A stretch of DNA of 64,000 nucleotides from Dehalococcoidia bacterium (GTDB lineage: Bacteria > Chloroflexota > Dehalococcoidia > SM23-28-2 > RBG-16-64-32): assembly GCA_034432935.1 (NCBI GenBank), contig DAOUBD010000005.1, forward strand, positions 1,054 to 65,053. The letters run 5' to 3'. Position 1 is the first letter of the stretch; each line of letters begins with the position of its first letter. The notes beneath the pieces are model-generated. The model saw only the letters and a program-made list of their open reading frames with translations, had not been told where the DNA came from and did not search any database. Positions 10,196 to 19,288 of this stretch are shown one piece after another. The translations under genes were made by a program, and so were the position numbers.

Positions 10196-10210
10196 GGCCA
10201 CGCGGGGCCG

Positions 10211-11197
10211 CTACTGGCCGGCCGCGCGGAGGAGGAGCCGCAGCATTCTGGCTGGCGGCATCTGTTCAGCTAGCACCGCGTTCAACGCATCGAGAAAAGG
10301 CGCGTTCAGGCTCCGGTTTGTGGCGAGTTGGCGGAGGGCGTCTGCTGCCGCCACCCCTTCCACCGGATGGGTACGCAGGAACTCCCGCCAGTCCGCGCCC
10401 TTGGCCAGCATCTCCCCCAGGGTGCGGTTGCGGCTGTGAGGGCTGTAGCCGGTGGCGAGGAGGTCGCCTAGGCCGGCCAAGCCATAGGCCGTCTCGCCGC
10501 GGCCGCCGAGGGCCTGGCAGAGGGAGGCCATCTCGGCAATGGCAAGGGTGGCCAGAGAGGCCTTGCTGTTGGCCCCATAGCCCAGCCCGTCGCAGATGCC
10601 CAGGGCTATAGCGTAGACGTTCTTCGTGGCTCCGCAGAGCTCGACGCCAGCGAGGTCGCTGGTGGTCTCCACTCGGCAGCTCTCGCCCTGGAAGATCGCC
10701 CGGGCAAGGGCCGCGGCGTGCTCTGTTACCGCGCCTACGACAACGGCCGTCGGCTGTCCCTGGGCCATCTCGATGGCGATGGCCGGGCCGCCGAGGCTGG
10801 CGACGGCCTCGCTGAAGGGCGGTCCCAGCTCCTCGCACAGCACCTGGCTCATGCGCCGCAGGGTGCCGCGCTCCAACCCCTTCGCCGCATTGAGTACGGT
10901 CTGCTGCGGAACCAGGTAGGGAGCCAACTTCTGGGCCACGGCTGCCACGGCCTGAGAGGGAACGGCGATCACCACCAAGGAAGCGCCGCCGACGGCCTCG
11001 GCCAGGTCGCTCTCGGGCCGGATGTTGGGGTGCAGGCGCAGAGCTCCGGTATAGCGGCTGTTGGTGCGCTGGCGGGCGATCTCTTCTAGGACCTCAGCCT
11101 CGATGCTCCAGGCCCGGACCCTGTGGCCGTTGGCGGCAGCTACCTGGGCCAGGGCCGTGCCCATGCTGCCGGCGCCGAGGATGGCAACAGTGTCCAC
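10211..11197 (-). CDS. gpsA: NAD(P)H-dependent glycerol-3-phosphate dehydrogenase
   Basis: N-terminal Rossmann motif ILGAGSMGTALA and a GpsA-like C-terminal domain. Confidence 0.85.
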   Translation of the reverse strand: MDTVAILGAGSMGTALAQVAAANGHRVRAWSIEAEVLEEIARQRTNSRYTGALRLHPNIRPESDLAEAVGGASLVVIAVPSQAVAAVAQKLAPYLVPQQTVLNAAKGLERGTLRRMSQVLCEELGPPFSEAVASLGGPAIAIEMAQGQPTAVVVGAVTEHAAALARAIFQGESCRVETTSDLAGVELCGATKNVYAIALGICDGLGYGANSKASLATLAIAEMASLCQALGGRGETAYGLAGLGDLLATGYSPHSRNRTLGEMLAKGADWREFLRTHPVEGVAAADALRQLATNRSLNAPFLDALNAVLAEQMPPARMLRLLLRAAGQ

Positions 11198-11218
11198 CGC
11201 TAATCCGCCGTCAGTGCG

Positions 11219-11947
11219 TCAACGGAAGCTGAACGTCGCGAAGTCCTGGGCGACTAGTGTGTTCTCCAGGTCGCTGGTGACCGGCGCCCCGTTCAGGTGC
11301 GTAAGGATGATGGTTGTCTGGCGGGAGAGCCGTTTGCGGATGACCTTGGCATCTTCCAGGCCCATGTGTTCGGGGCCGCTTCCCGAGGTGTAGGTGCAGT
11401 CCATAACCAGCACGTCGGCGCCATCGGCCAGCTCGATAATCTCCTCGCAGAACATGGTGTCGCCGGTGTAGGCGAGGACCTTGTCTCCGATCTCCACCCG
11501 GTAGCCCATAGCCTGGGTCCCGTGGGCCTTATGGTTCATGGGCAGGGCCCGGAAGGTGAGAGGCCCCGCCTTCTGATGCCGGCCGGGCGTTGCCTCGATG
11601 TAGCGCCGCTGGTATCCGGCGTCCCGGGTGATGTTCTCGTAGCACTGGTTGGCAAACTCCTCCATCCGTTTTTCCACGCCCGGGGGCCCGACGATGAAGA
11701 GGTCGTCCCGCCGCTGGGTCAGATAGACGTGCTCCAGCATGAGGAAGGGGAGGCCGGCGAAGTGGTCGGCATGAAAGTGGGTGAGAAAGACGACCTGGAG
11801 GTCTGTGAGGGGCACCTTCAGCCGCTTGAGGTGGGGCAACAGCGTGGGCGGAGCATCGAACAGGTACTTGCCATCGGCTATGAAAGAGCTCCAGTACCGT
11901 CCTTCGGAGGCGAAGGCGTTGCTCGAACCAAGAAAGGTCAGCTCCAT
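11219..11947 (-). CDS. MBL-fold metallo-hydrolase
   Basis: HFHADH metal-binding motif, 242 aa. Confidence 0.6.
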   Translation of the reverse strand: MELTFLGSSNAFASEGRYWSSFIADGKYLFDAPPTLLPHLKRLKVPLTDLQVVFLTHFHADHFAGLPFLMLEHVYLTQRRDDLFIVGPPGVEKRMEEFANQCYENITRDAGYQRRYIEATPGRHQKAGPLTFRALPMNHKAHGTQAMGYRVEIGDKVLAYTGDTMFCEEIIELADGADVLVMDCTYTSGSGPEHMGLEDAKVIRKRLSRQTTIILTHLNGAPVTSDLENTLVAQDFATFSFR

Positions 11948-12033
11948 GAAGGGCCCTCTTCGGGCGAAGGGCCGGCCCGCCCAGCGGCGGGTCAGCCCTT
12001 CGCTAGTCTACGCGCTGCTGGCGTCAGCAGCGA

Positions 12034-13182
12034 CTACTTCTTCAGGATATGGATGGTGCAGGCGGAGCCCAGACCGATGACGTGGGCCAGCCCCGCCTTG
12101 GCGTCCTTTACCTGTCGAGCGCCGGCCTCGCCCCGCAGGTGCCAGACGATCTCGACGACGTTGGCGATGCCGGTGGCGCCCAAGGGGTGCCCCTTGGAGA
12201 GGAGTCCTCCGCTGACGTTGACGGGGATCTTGCCGCCGTTCCAGGTCGCCCGCTCGTCGATCAGCTTGCCGGCCTCGCCTTCGCCGCACAGGCCCAAGTT
12301 CTCGTAGTGCAGGAGCTCGGCTGTGGCGAAGCAGTCGTGAAGCTCCACCATGCTCAGGTCCTCCGGGCCGATGCCCGCCTTCTCGTAGGCCTCTTTGGCG
12401 GCGATGCGGGTGACGGTGTTGATGTCGTACATGACGGGGTTGCGTTCCTGCCAGGGGTCCGAGGTGATGACGGAGGCGGCGATCCAGACGGGTTTGCTGG
12501 TGTACTGGCGCGCCTTCTCTGCCGACATGATGACGACGGCGGCGGCGCCATCGCCCGTGGGGCAGCACATGTAGAGGGTGTTGGGCCAGGCGATGGGCCG
12601 GGCGTTCAGCACCTCCTCTAGGGGCGTCTCCTTCTGGTATTGGGCGTAGGGGTTGAGGACGCCGTGCTCGTGGTTCTTGACGGCCACCTTGGCGAACTGC
12701 TCGACGGTCGTCCCGTACTTGCGCATATGCTCGACCCCGGCCTGCCCGAAGACGCCCGGCATCAGCCCGGTGCCCATGACGCCCTCAGTGCTGTAGGCGC
12801 GGTCGCCACCGCTGCCTACACCCAAGAGGCCCATCTTCCCCATCTGCTCGCTGCCGATGGCCATGGCGATGTCGTAGGCGCCGGAAGCCACGGCCATCCA
12901 GGCCTCACGGAGGGCCGTGGACCCAGTGGCGCAGGCGTTGGATACGTTGATGACCGGCACGCCTGTGGCGCCGATCTCCTTCATGATCCGCTGGCCCACC
13001 GTCGCGTTGGACTGGTAAAGGTTGCCGCTGACGACGATCTCTATGTCCTTGATGGTGACGCCGGCGTCCTTCATGGCGCCGATGGCCGCTTCCGCCGCCA
13101 GGGTAATGACATCCTTGTCGGGATACCGCCCGAACTTGATCATGTTGGCGCCGACTATGGCTACATCTCGCATCGTCCTCAC
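12034..13182 (-). CDS. thiolase-like protein (SCP-x/lipid-transfer-protein type)
   Basis: Thiolase fold with the catalytic Cys region VSNACATGS and a C-terminal GHPLGATG loop, 382 aa. Confidence 0.7.
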   Translation of the reverse strand: MRTMRDVAIVGANMIKFGRYPDKDVITLAAEAAIGAMKDAGVTIKDIEIVVSGNLYQSNATVGQRIMKEIGATGVPVINVSNACATGSTALREAWMAVASGAYDIAMAIGSEQMGKMGLLGVGSGGDRAYSTEGVMGTGLMPGVFGQAGVEHMRKYGTTVEQFAKVAVKNHEHGVLNPYAQYQKETPLEEVLNARPIAWPNTLYMCCPTGDGAAAVVIMSAEKARQYTSKPVWIAASVITSDPWQERNPVMYDINTVTRIAAKEAYEKAGIGPEDLSMVELHDCFATAELLHYENLGLCGEGEAGKLIDERATWNGGKIPVNVSGGLLSKGHPLGATGIANVVEIVWHLRGEAGARQVKDAKAGLAHVIGLGSACTIHILKK

Positions 13183-13255
13183 TCCTTACTTCTGTGCCGT
13201 GCCCAGCCTGCGGGCCCGGCGCCCGCTGGCCTTCTGCTGGTGACGTCCTTCCCGG

Positions 13256-13720
13256 TCATACCACCCGGAACTTGGCGGCGATGACATCGTTGCCTTCACG
13301 GTCTGTCGCCACCTTCTCCGTGAACATCTTCACCTTCTTGCCGAACCAATCGGTGCTGGGCTTCAGGGGGTCGAGGCCGTAGACGTTCCCCCGCACGGAG
13401 ACGCCCTCGGGCAGGTCGATGATGGCCGCAACGTAGGGCGCCTCCAGCCCTGGCACCGTCTGGTGTACGACGGAGAAGACGTAGATCTCCCCTTCATCGC
13501 TGAACCGGAGCTCCTCGAAGGGCCCTAGCGAGCCGCACTTGCCGCAGGCGAGGCGCTCTCCCAGGAAGGTGGCCCCGCACTCTTTGCAGCGGGACCCCCA
13601 GAGATAGGCGGGCTCATTGGGGTAGTTGTCCGGTATGCGCAGAAAGGGCACCAAAGGTTTGATCTTCTTCTCGGTGACGGTCTCTTGGGTCAAGGGCGAA
13701 CCTCCTTCTCGCGCTAACAC
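13256..13720 (-). CDS. DUF35 Zn-ribbon/OB-fold protein (thiolase partner)
   Basis: CKECGATFLGERLACGKCGS zinc ribbon followed by an OB fold. This protein type is the usual partner of SCP-x-type thiolases. Confidence 0.65.
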   Translation of the reverse strand: MLAREGGSPLTQETVTEKKIKPLVPFLRIPDNYPNEPAYLWGSRCKECGATFLGERLACGKCGSLGPFEELRFSDEGEIYVFSVVHQTVPGLEAPYVAAIIDLPEGVSVRGNVYGLDPLKPSTDWFGKKVKMFTEKVATDREGNDVIAAKFRVV

Positions 13721-13776
13721 AGGCGCGACTGAGATGTACCACGACTCTTACGTGCACGTCAAGTGCCGGGATGCCA

Positions 13777-14091
13777 TCAGCCCTCCACTACGTGCTGGTC
13801 GTCCCGGTCCAGGGGTGGGATGGATAGGCTCATGACCAGCGCCTCGCCCTTGACGGCGCGCACGCTGTGCACCGTCCCCTGCTCGATGCGCACGGTCTCG
13901 TAAGGGCGAAGGCGCAGGGTGTGGTCGCCTACGGTGGCCTCCACCTCGTGCTCCAGCACTGTGTAGATCTGGGCGCACTTCTCATGGTAGTGGGGCGCCA
14001 CGTGCTCCGTCTCCAGCATACGTATGATGCGTATGCTGCACTCCGGCATGGAGACGTGAGAGAGGATCTCGTACATGCCCATGTCGCTCAT
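13777..14091 (-). CDS. cupin-domain protein
   Basis: A small (104 aa) double-stranded beta-helix protein with His-rich motifs (HVAPHYHEK, GTVHSV). Confidence 0.5.
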   Translation of the reverse strand: MSDMGMYEILSHVSMPECSIRIIRMLETEHVAPHYHEKCAQIYTVLEHEVEATVGDHTLRLRPYETVRIEQGTVHSVRAVKGEALVMSLSIPPLDRDDQHVVEG

Positions 14092-14696
14092 GATTTCACC
14101 TGCTCGAAGTAACTGGCCCTGGCTTTCTCATACTCCTCTGGCCGGTTCATGTCCAGTAGCACCAGGGCAGAGGGGAACTCTATTTCGGTAATCCGGCGCT
14201 CGTGCCGCTGGATAACGGCTCGCAGGCCCTGGGTCTCCTCCCGCACCTGCCGCAGCTCCGGCAGCAGCGAGCCGTCCACGATGAGGGGGTGGCCCCGCTC
14301 GCCCTGGTGCACTGGCAGCGTGATCAGGCTGCGCCGCCGAAAGTGCACCTCCACCAGGCGCTTGCTGACCGAAGCCGGCCGCGGTTGGTCCACGTTCAGG
14401 ATGACGATCGCCTGCGTGTTATCGGGCAGGGCGGCGGCGCCCACACGGACGGACGAGGCCCGGCCCTCGGCGTACAGTTCGTTCACGATGGCCTGGGCGC
14501 CGGCCCGGTGGACGTAGGGTAGCACCTCGTGCGCGCGGTGGCCCAGGACGACGACGATCGGCGACGCTGGAATCTCCGCCAGCTGGGCTAGCTGGTACTC
14601 GATCAAGGTCTGCCCGCCCCATTCCAGCAAGGGCTTGGGGGTTCCCATACGGGTTGACTCGCCGCCGGCCAGCAGGACGGCGGCCACTCCTGCCAC
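14088..14696 (-). CDS. molybdenum cofactor nucleotidyltransferase (MocA/MobA-like)
   Basis: N-terminal LLAGGESTRMGTPKPLL nucleotidyltransferase motif. It lies downstream of the xanthine-dehydrogenase-family operon. Confidence 0.65.
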   Translation of the reverse strand: MAGVAAVLLAGGESTRMGTPKPLLEWGGQTLIEYQLAQLAEIPASPIVVVLGHRAHEVLPYVHRAGAQAIVNELYAEGRASSVRVGAAALPDNTQAIVILNVDQPRPASVSKRLVEVHFRRRSLITLPVHQGERGHPLIVDGSLLPELRQVREETQGLRAVIQRHERRITEIEFPSALVLLDMNRPEEYEKARASYFEQVKS

Positions 14697-14705
14697 GGCC
14701 GCCCC

Positions 14706-15551
14706 TCACTCCACGGAGAACAGGGAGTCCAACTTCATGGCCAAGGCCACGTTGCCCGCCAGGTGCACCTTGCGCATGGTGATGGCGAACACGGGGTTCA
14801 GGTCGCCCGTCGAGAGGTCCATCCAGATCTCGGGCTTGGTTTTCAGCTCTAGGTCGAACTTCTCGGGTGCGCCGTCGGCAGAATCGGCGCGGCCATCGTG
14901 GGTATAGACGGTCCACTGACCGCCGCCGGGGCCCTCCATCGTGAACAGGTAGGTGGTGTTCTGGTCTGCGCCGCGGCTGCTCCAGTAGATCAGGGGCATG
15001 TAATGGAAGACGCGGTCCAGGTGGTAATGAACCTGCTCAGGGGTGCTTGCCTCTATCCAGTGGGGCAGCTTCTTCTTGGCGACTTTGCGGATCTGCTGGT
15101 ACTGCGATGGGAGGAACAGGTAGCTGGCGTGGAAGAGATCGCGGATGGTGCCCGCACGGTCCCAGCCGGGGCTGTTGGCCGGGCGGTCCAGGTCGGCTTC
15201 GCTGAGTCCTTCCAGCATCTGGAGGTGCTCCTCGAAGGCGGCCTTCATGCGCGCCAGGAGCTCGGACACGGGGAGGTCGCGCCGCCTGGCCACGCAGGCC
15301 TCGTGAAAGGCCGTTGCGTCCTCCCGCTTCTCGAAGCCGGGGATGCTGGCCGGCTCTCCGGCGATGGCCTGGCGGGTGAGCGGCAGCGCCTGGTCCTCCT
15401 GGGCGCCGACGGTGTTGGCCAGGTGCTCCTTGGCCGTCCACTTGTCCACCTTCTTCTTCCAGTCGGCATCGTCGAGGCGGCCGAAGCCGTCCAGGCAGCG
15501 CTTTAGGGCGCTACTGTAGAACTCTCTTATCTGCTCCTTGCTAGGCTTCAC
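14706..15551 (-). CDS. maleylpyruvate-isomerase-family (DinB_2-like N-domain) protein with SCP2-like C-terminal domain
   Basis: N-terminal WTAKEHLANTV-type motif and an SCP2-like C-terminus. Assigned by weak similarity. Confidence 0.45.
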   Translation of the reverse strand: MKPSKEQIREFYSSALKRCLDGFGRLDDADWKKKVDKWTAKEHLANTVGAQEDQALPLTRQAIAGEPASIPGFEKREDATAFHEACVARRRDLPVSELLARMKAAFEEHLQMLEGLSEADLDRPANSPGWDRAGTIRDLFHASYLFLPSQYQQIRKVAKKKLPHWIEASTPEQVHYHLDRVFHYMPLIYWSSRGADQNTTYLFTMEGPGGGQWTVYTHDGRADSADGAPEKFDLELKTKPEIWMDLSTGDLNPVFAITMRKVHLAGNVALAMKLDSLFSVE

Positions 15552-15580
15552 TGGCGGCTAAACCTCCGATCATAGGGTGA

Positions 15581-17896
15581 CTATATATTACCGAGAGCCC
15601 GCAATACGCGCTCCGGCGTCAGGGGGAGCTCATGGACGCGGGCGCCACAGGCATCGGCGACGGCGTTGGCTACGGCAGCGGGGGTGGCGACGATGGAGGG
15701 CTCGCCCACGATGCGCGCGCCGTAGGGCCCCTCCTCTGACGGCACCTCCACGATGATGGCTTCTATGGGTGGCACATCGGCTGGCGTCGGCAGACGATAG
15801 TCCAAGAGGTCGCCGTTGACCAGGCGGCCGCTGCCGTCGAAGAGGAGCTCTTCCCAGAGGGCGATGCCCAGGCCCTGGCTGGCGCCACCCTGGATCTGTC
15901 CCTCTACGGAGAGAGGGTTGATGGCGAATCCGGCGTCCTGGGCCACGGCCAGACCCAAGACCCTGACCTGGCCTGTCTCGGTGTCGACCTCCACCTCCGC
16001 GGCCTGCGCGGCGAAGCCCGGGGCCCACTTCCGCGTGGCCACCGCCGCCCGCCCGACGACGGCGGGGTAGGGTGCGCCGAAGTTGGTGCTCAGACGCCCC
16101 AGCTTCTGGAAGCTGACCGATCGCTGGGGGTCGCCCTTCACCCTGATCTCGCCATCCCTCATCTCTAGCTCGTCCTCCGCCGCCGACAGCCTGTCTCTGG
16201 CCAGGGCCAGGAGCTGGCGCTTGGCGTCCTCCGCGGCCTCCTTGACGGCCCGGCCGACGGTGTAGGTGGTCTTGCTGCCGGCGCTCATCCCAGCGTAGGG
16301 CGCCGTCTTCGTGTCGCCCGAGGTGACGGAGACCATGGACAGGGGGACGCCCAAGACCTCGGCCGCGATCTGGCGAAAGGAGGTGTTGGTGCCGGTGATG
16401 TCCGAGGAGCCCACCGTAATGTTGATGGTGCCGTCGCTGTTGAGGCAGACGATGGCGCTGGCCGGCTGGAGGCCGCCCATCCAGCCGCCGACGGCCAGGC
16501 CCACGCCGCGCCGCTTCGCTCCTTCCTCTTGCCGGGTGCTGGCGCGGCGGCGCCAGACGCTGCTCTGGGCGATGGCCTCCAAGCACTCCCGCAGGCCGAT
16601 GGCAGGGTAGGCCTGGCCTGTGGGAAGGGGATCGCCCGCCGCGACGGCGTTCTTGAGCCGTACCTCCAGGGGGTCCAGGCCCAGCTCTTTGGCCATCATA
16701 TCCATATGGCTTTCGATGGCAAAGGTGGCGTTGTGGGCTCCGGGTGCTCGCAGAGCCCCCACGCTCACCTTGTTGGTCAAGACCTCGTAGCCTTGGATCT
16801 CCAGGTTGGGGCAACGGTAGTAGCCACCGACGGCGATGCATCCCGGCAGCATGGGCGCGCCGGGAAACGCTCCGGAGTCGTAGATCAGGCGGGCCTTGAG
16901 GGCCACGAGGGTGCCGTCACGCTTCATCCCAGTCTTCAGCTCGACCCGGGCGAAGGGGGCTGGCGTGCCTGCCACCATGTCCTCGCGCCGCCCCATAACG
17001 TACTTCACGGGCCGCTGCACGGCCATGGCCAGGGCAGCGGTCATGAGCTCCGTCAGAAAGATCTTGCCGCCGAACCCCCCGCCGACCTCCGTGGCGGTGA
17101 CCCGGATGCGGTTCTCGGGAACCCCGAGTGTCTGGGCCAGCTCGTCCCGCACGTAGAAGGGGGCCTGCGTGCTAGTCCAGACCGAGAGCTCCCCGTTGGG
17201 GCTGTAGTCTGCCACCGTGGAGTGGGTCTCAATGTAGGCCTGGTGCACCATGCTGGACGTCCACACGCCCTCCACGACACAATCGGCCTCGGCGAAGCCG
17301 GCCTCGACATCTCCGCGGCGGAAGGACAGCTGCGACGCGATGTTGGTGGGCTTGCCCCCCTGCTCCTCTTCGGCCGCTTCCACCGTGACGTGGCCTCGCT
17401 CCTCAGAGCGGTCGATCTGGCTGAGGGGAGAACGCACCAAAGGCGCTCCTTCCTCCATGGCTGCTAGGGGGTCCAGCACGGCCGGCAGCGGCTCGTACTC
17501 CACTTGTATGAGGTCCAGCGCTTCCTCGGCCACGTGAGGATCCTCGGCCAGCACCGCCGCCACGGGTTGGCCGCAGAATAGCACCTCATCTTGAGCGAAG
17601 ATGATCCCTCGCCGGTTGGACGGGTTCACCTTACAGGGTGGGAGATCGCCCGCGGCCAGGACGGCGAACACACCAGGCTTGGCGCGGGCCCGCGAGAGGT
17701 CGATGGCCTTGATGCGAGCGTGGGCATAGGGGCTGCCCAGTACTTTAGCATGGAGCATCCCGGGCAGCTTCATGTCTCCCGCGTAGACCGTGCGCCCCGT
17801 GACCTTGCCCACGGCATCCTCCCGGGGCACCCGTTGGCCTATCGCCCGATGCCGGGCAGGCTGGTCCTGTTGCCGGCTCGCGGTAGCTTGCGCCAT
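15581..17896 (-). CDS. xanthine dehydrogenase family molybdopterin-binding large subunit (CoxL-like)
   Basis: 771 aa with GGGFGGK and aldehyde oxidase/xanthine dehydrogenase a/b hammerhead and MoCo-binding domains. Confidence 0.85.
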   Translation of the reverse strand: MAQATASRQQDQPARHRAIGQRVPREDAVGKVTGRTVYAGDMKLPGMLHAKVLGSPYAHARIKAIDLSRARAKPGVFAVLAAGDLPPCKVNPSNRRGIIFAQDEVLFCGQPVAAVLAEDPHVAEEALDLIQVEYEPLPAVLDPLAAMEEGAPLVRSPLSQIDRSEERGHVTVEAAEEEQGGKPTNIASQLSFRRGDVEAGFAEADCVVEGVWTSSMVHQAYIETHSTVADYSPNGELSVWTSTQAPFYVRDELAQTLGVPENRIRVTATEVGGGFGGKIFLTELMTAALAMAVQRPVKYVMGRREDMVAGTPAPFARVELKTGMKRDGTLVALKARLIYDSGAFPGAPMLPGCIAVGGYYRCPNLEIQGYEVLTNKVSVGALRAPGAHNATFAIESHMDMMAKELGLDPLEVRLKNAVAAGDPLPTGQAYPAIGLRECLEAIAQSSVWRRRASTRQEEGAKRRGVGLAVGGWMGGLQPASAIVCLNSDGTINITVGSSDITGTNTSFRQIAAEVLGVPLSMVSVTSGDTKTAPYAGMSAGSKTTYTVGRAVKEAAEDAKRQLLALARDRLSAAEDELEMRDGEIRVKGDPQRSVSFQKLGRLSTNFGAPYPAVVGRAAVATRKWAPGFAAQAAEVEVDTETGQVRVLGLAVAQDAGFAINPLSVEGQIQGGASQGLGIALWEELLFDGSGRLVNGDLLDYRLPTPADVPPIEAIIVEVPSEEGPYGARIVGEPSIVATPAAVANAVADACGARVHELPLTPERVLRALGNI

Positions 17897-17921
17897 AGCG
17901 GTCTCCTTCTAGGGCTGACGC

Positions 17922-18395
17922 CTAATCGAGCTTATTCCATGCCGCCTGGACTATGGCCTCGTAGATTTTGGCGTAGCCGGTGCAGCGGCACAGGTTGCCG
18001 GCTAGCGCCTCCCGAACGTCGTCCACCGATGGAGACGGCTTCTGCTGCAGAAGCCACCCCGCCATCACGATCATCCCCGGGGTGCAGAAGCCGCATTGCA
18101 CGGCGCCGGCATCGACGAAGGCCCGCTGCACGGGGTGGAGGGCGCCTCCAGCGGCCATGCCCTCGACGGTGGTGACGGAGCAGCCGTCAGCCTGGGGCGC
18201 CAGCACGAGGCACGAGGTGATAGGGCGCCCGTCCAGCAGCACTGTGCATGCTCCGCAGTCGCCCGTCCCGCAGCCCTCTTTCGGCCCGGTAAGGCCGAGG
18301 TGGTCCCGCAGGGTCTCCAGCAAGCTCCAGCGTGGTTCCACCAGCAGCTCGCGGGGCTGGCTGTTGAGGGTGATGCTGATAGGGTATCTGGCCAT
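17922..18395 (-). CDS. (2Fe-2S)-binding small subunit (CoxS-like)
   Basis: CGTGDCGACTV and CGFCTPG motifs, 157 aa. Confidence 0.85.
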   Translation of the reverse strand: MARYPISITLNSQPRELLVEPRWSLLETLRDHLGLTGPKEGCGTGDCGACTVLLDGRPITSCLVLAPQADGCSVTTVEGMAAGGALHPVQRAFVDAGAVQCGFCTPGMIVMAGWLLQQKPSPSVDDVREALAGNLCRCTGYAKIYEAIVQAAWNKLD

Positions 18396-18397
18396 TC

Positions 18398-19273
18398 CTA
18401 ACTCCTCGCTGAGGCCCTGGCCAACGACTCCCGCAGCAGGCGCTCCGTGAGCACCCGGACGAGGTGGCGGCGATAGGTGGCGGAACCGCGCTGGTCATCT
18501 ATGGGGGCGCACTCGCCGGCGGCCGTGGCGGCCGCCCGAGCGAAGGTCTCGTCCGAGGCCTTCTGGCCCTCCAGTGCCGCCTCGGCCCCATGGGCCCGCA
18601 TCGGCACCGGGCCCACGGCGCCGAGGGCCACCCGTGCGCGGGCGATGCGCGTGCCTTCTACCGTGAGGGCGATGGCGACGCCGGCCACGGCGATGTCCAT
18701 TCGGGCCCGCGGGGTCTGGCGCCGGTAGGCCGTGCCGGTGCCCGGCGGCAGCGGCGGAATGCGCAGCTCTAGCAGGATCTCGCCGTGCTGGAGGGCCGTG
18801 AGGCCGGGCCCTTTGAAGAACTCCTGTAAGGGCAGCCTCCGTGTACCCGTAGGGCCAGCGATTACGGCCTCGGCGTCCAACGCCAATAGGGGCGGCGCCG
18901 TGTCCGCTGAGGGGGCGGCGTTGCATAGGTTGCCGCCCACCGTCGCCATGTGCATCGTCTGTATCGAGCCGACCAGGGAGGCGCCCTCTGCCAGGGCTGC
19001 GTAGCCGCGGCTGACGCTCTCGGTATGGGCGATCTCCCACATGGGGGTAGTAGCACCGACACGGAGGCCGCCATCAACCTCGATGCCCCGGAGATCGGGG
19101 ATACGGTGCAGGCTCACCAGACGCGAGGGGATGGGAAACCGGGTGGAACCCTCCTTCATCTGTGGCACCAGATCCGTGCCGCCCGCCAGCGGCCGCGCCG
19201 CTGACGCTGGGTCCGAGAGGAGTTCGATGGCCTCCTTCAGGGAGCCCGGGGCGAAGTATTCGAAGTTGCGCAC
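18398..19273 (-). CDS. FAD-binding medium subunit (CoxM-like)
   Basis: FAD-binding PCMH-type domain (LAGGTDL..) and a CO-dehydrogenase flavoprotein C-terminal domain. Gene order is M-S-L. Confidence 0.8.
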   Translation of the reverse strand: MRNFEYFAPGSLKEAIELLSDPASAARPLAGGTDLVPQMKEGSTRFPIPSRLVSLHRIPDLRGIEVDGGLRVGATTPMWEIAHTESVSRGYAALAEGASLVGSIQTMHMATVGGNLCNAAPSADTAPPLLALDAEAVIAGPTGTRRLPLQEFFKGPGLTALQHGEILLELRIPPLPPGTGTAYRRQTPRARMDIAVAGVAIALTVEGTRIARARVALGAVGPVPMRAHGAEAALEGQKASDETFARAAATAAGECAPIDDQRGSATYRRHLVRVLTERLLRESLARASARS

Positions 19274-19288
19274 AGAGGGTCCTCGAGT

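Noticed and set aside
15630-16841. 403-aa minus-strand ORF (Arg/Gly/Pro-rich) and 16529..17467 plus-strand ORF inside the Mo-hydroxylase large-subunit gene
   Set aside because: They are alternative frames of, or antisense to, a 771-aa gene with clear XDH-family motifs, and are compositionally biased.
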